Shown here one piece after another: positions 51,801 through 61,451 of a stretch of 64,000 nt of DNA. The DNA lies in contig CBDEFM010000002.1 in the NCBI GenBank assembly GCA_965237415.1, positions 128,001-192,000 on the forward strand, written 5' to 3'. This DNA is from Alphaproteobacteria bacterium (GTDB taxonomy: Bacteria > Pseudomonadota > Alphaproteobacteria > UBA828). Under the pieces are notes generated by a model that was given only the letters and a program-made list of their open reading frames with translations, did no database searches and was not told the origin of the DNA. Position 1 is the stretch's first letter. The number at the start of each line of letters is the position of its first letter. The position numbers and the translations under genes were made by a program.

Positions 51801-53178
51801 TGCGGCGAAGGAGTTCGACTTCGTTTTTACAACCGATGCGGATTGCATACCAAAATACAAAGAGATATGCGGACATGACCAGGTGTATCTTATGGCATTT
51901 GCGTGCCAGCCACGCCTGCATAATCCTTGCCGGGACAAATCCTGGCCACGCTACCCAGTTTGTTTCGCTGGGAGTTGGATGGAGAAATATTCGGAGCGGA
52001 GGCGGTCTTTGGACGACCTGCTCGAGCCCGCTCTAGCCTTCGGATTGCATATCTTCGATCGTAATTTTAAAGTGACCGGGTATGACTCTAGGTACCGGTT
52101 TCCCGATCGCTATCAGAGTGCGATCAAGGGATCCTTGGACTACGAGCATATGCTCACCGCATATCGCTGTTACGACGTCATGGTGAATGTCAACACCGTG
52201 ACAGACTCCCCTACGATGTTCTCTCGGCGGGTATTCGAATGTCTAGCCTGTGGGACACCGGTAATTTCCACTGATTCAGTAGGTCTGCGGGCTATGGTGA
52301 GCGGCTATGTTCGAATCACGCGCAGTTCGCAGGACACGACCTCTCACTTGCAGGAGCTACTGAGCGACGAGGAGCGACGGATGCGCGAGGCGCATCTTGG
52401 ATATCGTCACGTGCACACGCATCACACTTACAGACACCGGATGAAAGAAGTGTTTCTCCAGGTTGGAGTAAAGTCGAACGGCTCCGCACGTCAGCCATCA
52501 GTGAGTGTGGTCATTGCGACGTGTCGCCCGAACAATGTAAAATTCGCCATTGAAAACTATAGGAAGCAGGTGGATGCGGAGAAGGAGCTGTTGCTGGTTC
52601 TGAACAACGCGATATTCGATGTAGAATCCATCGAGGCGCGAACTAAAGATCTCCATAATGTGCGCATCGTCCAGGTTGACGGAAGTGTGACCCTCGGGGA
52701 GAGCCTTAACATGGGAGTAAAGGAGGCGTCGGGTTACTATATTGCAAAGATGGACGACGACGATTACTACGGAGAGAACTATCTTTCTGACATGATGCTG
52801 GCAGCGGATTTCTCAGAAGCCGACATTCTCGGTAAGGGAACATACTTTGTTCATATGAAGGCCGGAAATATAACGGCGCTGCGGAGCGTCGCGAGCCAGC
52901 ATGAGTTCACAGATTTGGTTGCTGGAGCTACCTTGACAGGCCGCCGAGAAGTGCTACGAGAGATTCGTTTTCCGGATGGTACAAGGGGGGAAGATAGTAG
53001 CTTGTTGGCGAAGGCGAGCAAGGCGGGTTGCCGAATCTATTCGGCTGACGCGTTTAATATGCTGGTGGTTCGAGGGACGGATCATCGGAGACATACTTGG
53101 GATATAGGTGATTCGGATTTAAAAAAAAATTGTCGGAATATACGCTCCGGTTTGGAATGGGCGCGCGTCATGATCTGA
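48850..53178 (+). CDS. 1442-aa multidomain glycan-synthesis protein: SAM methyltransferase - repeat coiled coil - degenerate methyltransferase - CgeB-like GT - GT2
   Basis: ILDVGCSEG, GEILEHLED; FLLVESAW, FWNKEDP, FTTD, TMFSRRVFE...CGTP; SVVIAT...AKMDDDDYY...GED. More AT-rich than the flanks. Confidence 0.88.
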   Translation: MTSKIEKSPEIAHQDRVAQVYFGMLKWGAAGEILRQRIDWMADQAQGPRILDVGCSEGVLEILLAREGFNVTGVDINAEALAFARDLLAQEPEEVRARVRFVHGDLAQARLLDDRFDTLVMGEILEHLEDPQELLDRSLDLIRPDGRVIITTPFGYHPDEDHRQTFCLSDFIALAKPRCALEYLRVEGGYIRMVGRVSSSTESSWQQLDSDQLLSMTEAASVSSQQRLYGNISGHKRRVSSLEQRVKEGDDRAAKLQKDVKEESSKATRLWQEVEERKSREAKLWQEVENRKAKASELRQELDAGKAKTAELQQELDAGKAKTAELLQELDAGRAKTAELLQELDTGKAKTAELQQELDAERAKTAELLQELDAGKAKTAELLQELDAERAKTAELQQELDAERAKTAELLQELDTGKAKTAELLQELDAERVKTAELQQELDAERAKTAELLQELDAERVKTAELLQELDAGKAKTAELLQELDAGKAKASKLQRELKKAREGEVKLRRSIRWQLGTLFVEAARRPWRVVRLPLDLTRLAVVAFRRRYNVSSNNVSTRNPSHPSPPMTKNRGNMREALARPGGRTEVPTATSLLSAGSSSEQMVDWITDQVEGHRVAVVGCDNTALLESLDQLRFNVRTYQLDSSVSEPVLVKGEVGDGSQEEPGRSLVTDFLIPEAERAVGSSGEADSVIICEMPRAGTEPEAMLNYARDRLSQPEAKVIIVQPRFNAFPRDGKDSDLTSLLTALRTSTVPEYLSLANGSLHFVGRFGRPSAEVWSQFESGAWPKVTNEVVESLQCRKSREISALEQRVQDVLESTSYRAGQILVTSAKEPRTLWKAPLRLWQLYRSSWARTRQSNVGPSPSGLTPTIDIPALKTPPTRSEGAPVVAAILDTFTEYCLRYEADLVLLTPKQWKRQLERAQPTFLLVESAWSGNNGEWRYLLTNYKSRDVNPLRDLVKHCREHGLTTVFWNKEDPPNFDVFIDAAKEFDFVFTTDADCIPKYKEICGHDQVYLMAFACQPRLHNPCRDKSWPRYPVCFAGSWMEKYSERRRSLDDLLEPALAFGLHIFDRNFKVTGYDSRYRFPDRYQSAIKGSLDYEHMLTAYRCYDVMVNVNTVTDSPTMFSRRVFECLACGTPVISTDSVGLRAMVSGYVRITRSSQDTTSHLQELLSDEERRMREAHLGYRHVHTHHTYRHRMKEVFLQVGVKSNGSARQPSVSVVIATCRPNNVKFAIENYRKQVDAEKELLLVLNNAIFDVESIEARTKDLHNVRIVQVDGSVTLGESLNMGVKEASGYYIAKMDDDDYYGENYLSDMMLAADFSEADILGKGTYFVHMKAGNITALRSVASQHEFTDLVAGATLTGRREVLREIRFPDGTRGEDSSLLAKASKAGCRIYSADAFNMLVVRGTDHRRHTWDIGDSDLKKNCRNIRSGLEWARVMI
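49723..50310 (+). repeat. 14 x 42-bp tandem repeat encoding (K/R)AKTAEL(L/Q)QELDA(G/E)
   Basis: 588 bp equals exactly 14 units; degenerate units on both sides. Confidence 0.97.
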
Positions 53179-53550
53179 TCGTTGCAATGTGATGGTTGGA
53201 GGCATCGCGCAATTTGGGTCGTTCCATCCCGAATCGGTTAAAGCTCAAGGTCAGGTTGCAGAGTGTAGGCCTTTGGCAGTGGTAGCGGCTATGAAGCTCG
53301 GGGAGTGGCTTGCAAACGCGCGCCCCTGAAGTGGCGAGGGCAGCAGGGAAAGGGGGCCAGAGAAGCGGGGGCGACGAGGAAAATTCGCGAGAAGCACAGG
53401 CCATCCGAGCTTTGGGACAGGGCATCTGTGCTTTAGGAATGGTGCGAACGGAAGAATGGGTTGAGGTTTGACAGCTATCGGCCTTTTACCTAGCGTCGCG
53501 TACCGGCACACGGCTCGCCGGCGCCGGGGGAGGGCCCAGGGGATAGCGAT

Positions 53551-54231
53551 GTGACGATCGGGGCGGTCCTTCCGGTCAAGGATTTCAGCCACGCCAAGCA
53601 GCGGCTGGCGGGCTTCCTCAGCGCGGTCGAGCGCCGGCTGTTGTCCGAGGCCATGGCCGAAGACGTGCTGGAGACTCTCTCTCAAGTGTCGGAATTGTCG
53701 GAGATCATCGTGGTGACCCGCGACGAGCGGGCCCGCGAACTCGCCGCCCGCCACGGGGCACGGGTACTTGCGGAACCCTCCAACGACGGCCAGAGCGCGG
53801 CGGTGGAGAGGGCTGCCGCGGCGCTGGGCCGCGCCGGCGTGGAGAGTTTGCTTCATGTGCCGGGCGACGTACCCGGCGCGAGCGGGGACGAGATCGCAGC
53901 GGTGATGGCGGCGCACGGGAGCGCGAGCGATGGCGCGGCGGCGGTGACACTGGTGCCATCCCACGATCGGCGCGGCACTAACTGCGTGCTTTGCTCGCCG
54001 CCTAACGTGTTGCCATTCGCCTTCGGCCACGAGAGTTTCGGGCCTCACTGCGAAGCGGCGCGCGCGCAAGGCATCGCGCCCCGGATCATGGCGCTGCCGG
54101 GCCTCGGCCTCGATATCGACACGCCCGACGACCTGCGCGGCTTCTTGGCGCGGCCGGCCGCAGGCCGCACCCTCGACTATCTCCGTGAGAGCGGTATCGC
54201 CGAGCGCCTCCTGGTAACCGACGCGGCCTGA
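53551..54231 (+). CDS. cofC: F420 biosynthesis guanylyltransferase CofC/FbiD
   Basis: PVK..AKQRL, GDVP, GTN, FG..SF..H, LDIDTPDDL. Confidence 0.92.
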   Translation: MTIGAVLPVKDFSHAKQRLAGFLSAVERRLLSEAMAEDVLETLSQVSELSEIIVVTRDERARELAARHGARVLAEPSNDGQSAAVERAAAALGRAGVESLLHVPGDVPGASGDEIAAVMAAHGSASDGAAAVTLVPSHDRRGTNCVLCSPPNVLPFAFGHESFGPHCEAARAQGIAPRIMALPGLGLDIDTPDDLRGFLARPAAGRTLDYLRESGIAERLLVTDAA

Positions 54232-54236
54232 GGCGG

Positions 54237-56705
54237 ATGCACGAGGCAACCAGCGATCTGCTTTCGGCGGTGCAGGGGGGCCGCCGCCCGGATGCGACGG
54301 AGGCCCTCGCGCTCGCCGCCGAGGACGACTTGGCACCGTTGCTCGAGTGCGCGGCTGCGCTCCGCGACCTGGCGCACCCCGATATCGTGACGTATTCGCG
54401 CAAGGTCTTCATCCCGCTCACCCATCTCTGCCGCGACGTCTGCCACTACTGCACCTTCGCCCGGCCGCCGCGCCGGGGCGAGACGGCGTTCATGACGCCC
54501 GAGCAGGTGCTGCGGGTGGCGGAGGCCGGCGCTGCCGCCGGGTGCAAGGAGGCGCTGTTCACCCTCGGCGACAAGCCGGAATTACGATATCGCGCCGCGC
54601 GGGAGAACCTGGAAGCCTTGGGTTATGGCAGCACGCTCGCCTACCTCGCCGCCATGGCGAAGCTGGTGCTGGAGGAGACGCCGCTGCTGCCGCACCTCAA
54701 TCCCGGCGTGCTGAGCCGCGAAGACCTGCGCGCGCTGCGTGCGGTCTCCGCCTCGCAGGGCATGATGCTTGAGAGCGCGTCCGAGCGGCTCTCCGCCAAG
54801 GGCGGGCCTCACTACGGCTCGCCGGACAAGCGGCCGGCAGCACGGCTCGAGACGCTCCGCCTGGCCGGCGAGGAGGCGGTGCCGTTTACCTCCGGCATCC
54901 TCATCGGCATCGGCGAAACCCGAGAGGAGCGGATCGAGGCCCTGCTCGCGCTCCGCGATGCCCATGATGCCCACAGGCACATCCAGGAGATCATCGTTCA
55001 GAATTTCAGGGCCAAGCCGGGGACGCGCATGGCTGCGGCACCGGAGCCAAGCCTGGATGAGCTGCTCTGGACCATCGCAGTCGCGCGCATCCTCTTCGGC
55101 GCGCACGCGAACATCCAGGCGCCGCCCAATCTGAGCCCCGGCGCGCTGCCACGGCTGGTCGCGGCGGGGATCAACGACTGGGGCGGCGTCTCCCCGGTGA
55201 CGCAGGATTACGTCAATCCCGAGGCGCCGTGGCCGCATCTCGACGCGCTGGCACGCGAGACTGCCGCTGCCGGGAAGACGCTGGCCGAGCGGCTCACGAT
55301 CTATCCGTCCTACGCGCTTGCAGGCGAGCGCTGGCTCGATGCGGCGTTGCGCGAGCGGGTGCTGAAGACGATCGATGCGCAAGGCTATCCCCGTACCGAC
55401 GCCTGGGTCACGGGCGCAGGCGAGGCGCCGCCGGCGGATCGCACACCCGCGCCGGCCGTCGTGGCGCCCGACATCGAGCGCCTTTTGGCCCGCGCCGAAG
55501 CTGGCTCGACCCTCAGCGAGGACGAGCTGGTGCGGCTCTTCGAGGCGCGCGGCGGCGCCTTCGACGCGGTGTGCGCGGCTGCCGACGGGCTCCGGGCACG
55601 GGTTAGCGGGCCACAGGTTAGCTATGTGGTGAACCGCAACATCAACTACACCAACGTCTGCTACTTCCGCTGCCAGTTCTGCGCCTTCTCCAAGGGCAAG
55701 ATGAGCGAGAATCTGCGCGGCCGGCCCTACGACCTGCCACTGGAGGAGATCGTGCGGCGGGTACGCGAGGCGTGGGAACGCGGCGCGACCGAGGTCTGCC
55801 TCCAGGGCGGCATCCATCCCGACTACACCGGCGAGACCTATCTCTCGATCTGCCGCGCCATCAAGGCGGCAGAGCCCGCGATCCACGTCCATGCCTTCTC
55901 GCCGCTGGAAATCTGGCAAGGCGCCGCGACGCTGGGACGAACCGTGCCCGACTTCCTCGCGGAGCTGCAGGAAGCTGGATTGGGCTCGCTCCCCGGCACG
56001 GCCGCCGAGATCCTCGACGACGAGGTGCGGGCCGTCATCTGCCCCGACAAGATCGCCACCGATCAATGGCTCTCGGTCATGGAGGCCGCGCATGGGCTGG
56101 GCCTGCGCAGCACCGCCACGATCATGTTCGGCCATGTCGATTCGCCGCGTCACTGGGCGCGCCACCTGTTGCGCGTGCGCGCCTTGCAGGAGCGCACGGG
56201 CGGCTTCACCGAATTCGTGCCGCTTCCCTTCGTCGCGATGGAGGCGCCGCTCTATCTCAAAGGCCGCGCTCGGCGCGGGCCGACCTGGCGCGAGGCTCTG
56301 CTCATGCACGCGGTGGCGAGGCTCGCGCTCAACCCGGTCATCGCCAACATCCAGACCTCGTGGGTCAAGATGGGGCCGGAGGGGGCGGCGGCCTGCCTCC
56401 GCGCGGGCGCCAACGATATCGGCGGCACGCTGATGAACGAATCGATCACCCGCGCCGCCGGCGCGAACCACGGGCAGGAGTTTCCGCCGGGCGAGATCGA
56501 GGCGCTGGTTGAGGGGCTGGGGCGCACGCCGGTGCAGCGCGCGACGCTCTATCAGCCCGCGCCCACCGCGCGCCGGGCCGCTGCGCAGGGCGCGGCACCG
56601 CTCGCCCCGGTGGTGAACGCGCCCGCCCGTCGCTATGAGCGGCGCGCAGCGGCAAGCGATCTGGTTCGTCCCGGTCTTGAAGTCACTGCACCGGCGGGGG
56701 AGTGA
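54237..56705 (+). CDS. fbiC: FO synthase, fused CofG-CofH
   Basis: Two radical-SAM motifs, CRDVCHYC and CYFRCQFC; YSRKVFIPLT; NRNINYTN. Confidence 0.95.
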   Translation: MHEATSDLLSAVQGGRRPDATEALALAAEDDLAPLLECAAALRDLAHPDIVTYSRKVFIPLTHLCRDVCHYCTFARPPRRGETAFMTPEQVLRVAEAGAAAGCKEALFTLGDKPELRYRAARENLEALGYGSTLAYLAAMAKLVLEETPLLPHLNPGVLSREDLRALRAVSASQGMMLESASERLSAKGGPHYGSPDKRPAARLETLRLAGEEAVPFTSGILIGIGETREERIEALLALRDAHDAHRHIQEIIVQNFRAKPGTRMAAAPEPSLDELLWTIAVARILFGAHANIQAPPNLSPGALPRLVAAGINDWGGVSPVTQDYVNPEAPWPHLDALARETAAAGKTLAERLTIYPSYALAGERWLDAALRERVLKTIDAQGYPRTDAWVTGAGEAPPADRTPAPAVVAPDIERLLARAEAGSTLSEDELVRLFEARGGAFDAVCAAADGLRARVSGPQVSYVVNRNINYTNVCYFRCQFCAFSKGKMSENLRGRPYDLPLEEIVRRVREAWERGATEVCLQGGIHPDYTGETYLSICRAIKAAEPAIHVHAFSPLEIWQGAATLGRTVPDFLAELQEAGLGSLPGTAAEILDDEVRAVICPDKIATDQWLSVMEAAHGLGLRSTATIMFGHVDSPRHWARHLLRVRALQERTGGFTEFVPLPFVAMEAPLYLKGRARRGPTWREALLMHAVARLALNPVIANIQTSWVKMGPEGAAACLRAGANDIGGTLMNESITRAAGANHGQEFPPGEIEALVEGLGRTPVQRATLYQPAPTARRAAAQGAAPLAPVVNAPARRYERRAAASDLVRPGLEVTAPAGE

Positions 56706-56750
56706 GCGCCGGCGCTCGTTGTCAGTCTCCTCAGTCCGCTCCTGCACCGA

Positions 56751-56844
56751 TCACGGGATTTGGTCTGCGAGAAGCCGGGCCATCATGTGACGAACGTGAT
56801 CCTGCCCGATCGACCCGGACCGAGAACTCAAGGCGAAAGGCCAT
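56751..56844 (-). pseudogene. ParE/RelE-like toxin with internal deletion
   Basis: MAFRLEFS start overlapping the antitoxin end, joined out of frame to GQDHVRHMMARLLADQIP*; only 94 bp. Confidence 0.65.
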
Positions 56845-57103
56845 GCGCGCGACGCTTGTCGCCGATCATCCCGGCCAGCCGTGTGTCCATCCCCTCCGCG
56901 CCGACGAACGCGCCCTCTCGGCGGCGCGACAGCAGGGTGCGCAGCGCCGCGGTTTCTGGTCCCTCGGCCTCCACTCGCTGGCGCAACAGGTCGACGCCTC
57001 GCTGCAAGACCGCGCTAACGTTGGGGTAGTGCCCGGCCTCGACCAGCGCCTTGGCAAAGGCATGCTGCTCGTCGGTGAGGGAGATCGAGGATTTGACCGT
57101 CAC
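56828..57103 (-). CDS. ParD-like RHH antitoxin
   Basis: MTVKSSISLTDEQHAFAKALVEAGHYPNVSAVLQRGVDLLR; GTG start after a GGAGG RBS. Confidence 0.85.
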   Translation of the reverse strand: MTVKSSISLTDEQHAFAKALVEAGHYPNVSAVLQRGVDLLRQRVEAEGPETAALRTLLSRRREGAFVGAEGMDTRLAGMIGDKRRAHGLSP

Positions 57104-57221
57104 GAGAGCCTCCTTGAGGCCAAGGCACTAAGCCGTCGAACCGCAGCCAGCGGAGCTACGTGGGATTCGATCCGTTGCAACGATTTGCGACCTCGGCCGG
57201 ATGCCCTGAGACTACTCTTGA

Positions 57222-57317
57222 TCAAGGCTTCGGCCGAGGAGGAGGCGGAGGGGGCGGCGGCTTCGGCGGTCTCGGTGGTGGCCCTAATTTCTCGATTGGG
57301 TCGGGCTCATGCGGCAT
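57222..57317 (-). CDS. 31-aa proline-rich peptide overlapping the stop of the SLATT-like gene
   Basis: MPHEPDPIEKLGPPPRPPKPPPPPPPPRPKP*; 11-bp overlap with the upstream CDS; too short for the ORF track. Confidence 0.55.
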   Translation of the reverse strand: MPHEPDPIEKLGPPPRPPKPPPPPPPPRPKP

Positions 57318-57798
57318 ACCGATTCGCCTCGGCCTCGTATGCAGCCACCGCGCAACGCTCGTTGGTCTTGTTGTCGGTATGGATATCCAGTCGGTTGGAG
57401 GCTGCGGCGGCGCGCCGCATGATTTCTTCGGATCGGCTCACGGCCTCATCCTCCTCCATCCGATCTGCGTAGACGCTCTCCCACAAATTGCGGTACTCCG
57501 TCTCAAGGTCGCTGAATTCCCTACTGACGGAACCCAGCATCGCGGCCGTCTTGCCGGGGTCGACGACCAGGTCCCAGATCGTCACAGCAAGTATGGCCAG
57601 ACCAGGTGCGACGACGAAACTCGTCGGTATCACGTCGACCAGCGTGACCCCTGTCGCGATTCCCAAGAAGGCCAAGAGAATTCTCAGGATGTTTCTGTGC
57701 ACATGGTAACGTCTTGCCGTGGCGTCGTAGTATCTAGACCACCGCGCCATGTCGAGCAGTCCCTGCCAGATGGCACCTCTCGTCTGGTCGGAGATCAT
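57307..57798 (-). CDS. two-TM SLATT-like membrane protein
   Basis: SRYY...Y helix, two adjacent hydrophobic segments (ILLAFLGIATGVTLV, FVVAPGLAILAVTIWDLVV) and a helical tail; RBS GGAGAAG. Confidence 0.6.
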   Translation of the reverse strand: MISDQTRGAIWQGLLDMARWSRYYDATARRYHVHRNILRILLAFLGIATGVTLVDVIPTSFVVAPGLAILAVTIWDLVVDPGKTAAMLGSVSREFSDLETEYRNLWESVYADRMEEDEAVSRSEEIMRRAAAASNRLDIHTDNKTNERCAVAAYEAEANRYAA

Positions 57799-58018
57799 GG
57801 TTCTTCTCCGTGTTCGGCGACCAAGCCGCCGCTCCACGTTACTACTGCGACGACTCCCCGTCGATGGACATGCATTGGAGTTGGTCCATTACAATCATCT
57901 GCTGTTCCAGAGTGCGGGCGTCAAGCAGAAGGCTGTCTGCGGTCGGGAGCGAGGCCCATCCGTGTGATAGGCTTGGCCCGCGCGCGGTGGTCGCGACCAA
58001 ATGGGAGGAGCAGCGACG

Positions 58019-58474
58019 ATGGCGGGCTTCACGATTACGTCGACCAACCACACGAGCTTCACGGTCTCCAGCCTCGACCGGGCGATCGGCCTGTTTCGCG
58101 ATGCGCTCGGTTTCGAGTTGCTGAACCGCTCGCCGCGCGATCCCAAGTTCATCGAGCAGGTGGTGGGCGTGGAGGGCGCGGATATCGAGGTCGCCTACTT
58201 GCAGGCGCCCGGTCACCGGCTGGAGCTGATCGAATATCGCGGCCCCGCCGACCGCGGCCGGGTCGAGTCGCGCCCCTGCGATGCGGGCTTCGCCCATATC
58301 GCCTTCGACGTCGACGACATCCACGAGGCGATCGCGGCGGTGCGGGACGCCGGCTCCGAGCCGATGGGTGCGCCGATCACCGTCAACGCCGGGCCGAACA
58401 AGGGCGGCCTCGTGGTCTATACGCGGGACCCCGACGGCATCACGGTCGAGTTCATCCAGAGGCCGAAGGCATAG
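58019..58474 (+). CDS. VOC (glyoxalase) family protein
   Basis: HTSFTVSSLD, ELIEY, HIAFDVDD, RDPDGITVE. Confidence 0.9.
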   Translation: MAGFTITSTNHTSFTVSSLDRAIGLFRDALGFELLNRSPRDPKFIEQVVGVEGADIEVAYLQAPGHRLELIEYRGPADRGRVESRPCDAGFAHIAFDVDDIHEAIAAVRDAGSEPMGAPITVNAGPNKGGLVVYTRDPDGITVEFIQRPKA

Positions 58475-58484
58475 TTGCGGGCGA

Positions 58485-59102
58485 ATGTTTTACGAAACCG
58501 CGCGCAACGATCACGGCCTGCCGCACGACCCCTTCAAGTCCTGTGTGGTGCCGCGACCGATCGGCTGGATCACGACGGTCGACAACGCCGGCGTCCTCAA
58601 CCTCGCGCCCTTCAGTTACTTCAACGCCTGCGGCGATCACCCGCCGCAGGTGATGTACGCGCCGAGCGGCTCGCACGCCGAGGGCGGCGCCAAGGACAGC
58701 CTGCAGAATGTGCAGGAGACCGGCGAATTCGTCGCCAACCTCGCGACCTGGGAGCAGCGCGAGGCGATGCGCATCTCGACGAGCCACGTGCTGCGCAGCG
58801 TCGATGAGTTCGCGCTGGCCGGGCTCGAAACCGAGCCGGCCCGGCTGGTGCGTCCGCCCAAGGTCAAGGGCGCGCCGGTTCACCTCGAATGCAGGCTCCA
58901 CAAGGTCATCGAATTGCTGGCCGACGATCCAGCCAGGTTCCGCAACTGGATCGTGCTCGGCCAGGTCGTCGGCGTTCATATCGACGATTCGATCATCACC
59001 GACGGCCGCGTGGATCAGTCGAAGTTCCGGCCCATCGCGCGCCTCGGCTACGCCGACTACACCACGGTCGACAGCCACTTCGAGATGCCCTTTCCGGACT
59101 GA
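58485..59102 (+). CDS. flavin reductase-like (DIM6/NTAB) protein
   Basis: VPRPIGWITT, NLAPFSYFN, KDSLQN..ETGEF, PIARLG. Confidence 0.9.
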   Translation: MFYETARNDHGLPHDPFKSCVVPRPIGWITTVDNAGVLNLAPFSYFNACGDHPPQVMYAPSGSHAEGGAKDSLQNVQETGEFVANLATWEQREAMRISTSHVLRSVDEFALAGLETEPARLVRPPKVKGAPVHLECRLHKVIELLADDPARFRNWIVLGQVVGVHIDDSIITDGRVDQSKFRPIARLGYADYTTVDSHFEMPFPD

Positions 59103-59156
59103 GGCCGCACCACAAGACCTTGCGCTCGAGCTTCGCTGCGCCTACAAGGAGTAGCG

Positions 59157-60119
59157 ATGCAGCCTGCGCTTCTGCCCTCGATCTTCGGCGACCGGCATCT
59201 GCTGGGGATCGAGGGGCTTTCCGCCGGCGCGATCACCCATCTGCTTGATATCTCCGAGGGCTACGTCGCGCTGAACCGCGAGGTGCAGAAGCGCAAGAGC
59301 CTGCTCGGCGGGCGCACTGTCGTGCTGCTCTTCTTCGAGACCTCGACCCGCACCCGCACCTCGTTCGAGCTCGCGGGCAAGCGGCTCGGCGCCGACGTCA
59401 TCAACATCGCGGTGGCGAGCTCAGCGATTAAGAAGGGCGAGACGCTCATCGACACCGCGATGACGCTGAACGCCATGCACCCCGACATGCTGGTGGTCCG
59501 CCATCCCGACGCCGGCGCCGCCAGGCTGCTCGCCAATCACGTCGAGTGCGGTGTCATCAACGCCGGCGACGGCAGTCACGAGCATCCAACGCAGGCCTTG
59601 CTGGATGCGCTGACCATCCGCCACCGCTTCGGCCGGGTCGAGGGGCTCCGGGTCGCGATTTGCGGCGACGTAATGCACAGCCGGGTCGCCCGCTCCAACA
59701 TCCTGCTTCTCAACACGATGGGCGCCCGGGTCCGCATCATCGCACCGCCGACTCTGGTGCCGGCCGCGATCGAGCGGATGGGCGTGGAGGTCTTCCACGA
59801 CATGCGCGCAGGGCTAGCCGGCTGCGACGTCATCATGATGCTGCGCCTGCAGCAGGAGCGCATGCAGGGCACCTTCGTGCCCTCCACCCGTGAGTACTTC
59901 CATTTCTTCGGCCTCGACCGGGACAAGCTCGCCGAGGCCAGGGAGGAGGCGCTGATTCTCCATCCGGGGCCGATGAACCGGGGTGTGGAGATCGACAGCG
60001 CGGTCGCCGACGACATCACCCGGAGCGCCATCCTCCACCAGGTCGAGCTCGGCGTCGCCGTGCGTCAGGGCTGCCTCGAAGCCCTGAGCCGAAATCTCGG
60101 CCCGGCACCGGTCTTCTGA
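59157..60119 (+). CDS. pyrB: aspartate carbamoyltransferase
   Basis: [33 protein letters not shown]. Confidence 0.97.
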   Translation: MQPALLPSIFGDRHLLGIEGLSAGAITHLLDISEGYVALNREVQKRKSLLGGRTVVLLFFETSTRTRTSFELAGKRLGADVINIAVASSAIKKGETLIDTAMTLNAMHPDMLVVRHPDAGAARLLANHVECGVINAGDGSHEHPTQALLDALTIRHRFGRVEGLRVAICGDVMHSRVARSNILLLNTMGARVRIIAPPTLVPAAIERMGVEVFHDMRAGLAGCDVIMMLRLQQERMQGTFVPSTREYFHFFGLDRDKLAEAREEALILHPGPMNRGVEIDSAVADDITRSAILHQVELGVAVRQGCLEALSRNLGPAPVF

Positions 60120-60132
60120 TGCGGAGTGGGCC

Positions 60133-61434
<1,302 letters not shown>

Positions 61435-61451
61435 CGGTGGGCGGGGGCGCC

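Noticed and set aside
57120-57220. attC-like site after the SLATT/peptide pair (also looked for around the TIR gene)
   Set aside because: No convincing RYYYAAC...GTTRRRY pair with complementary arms.
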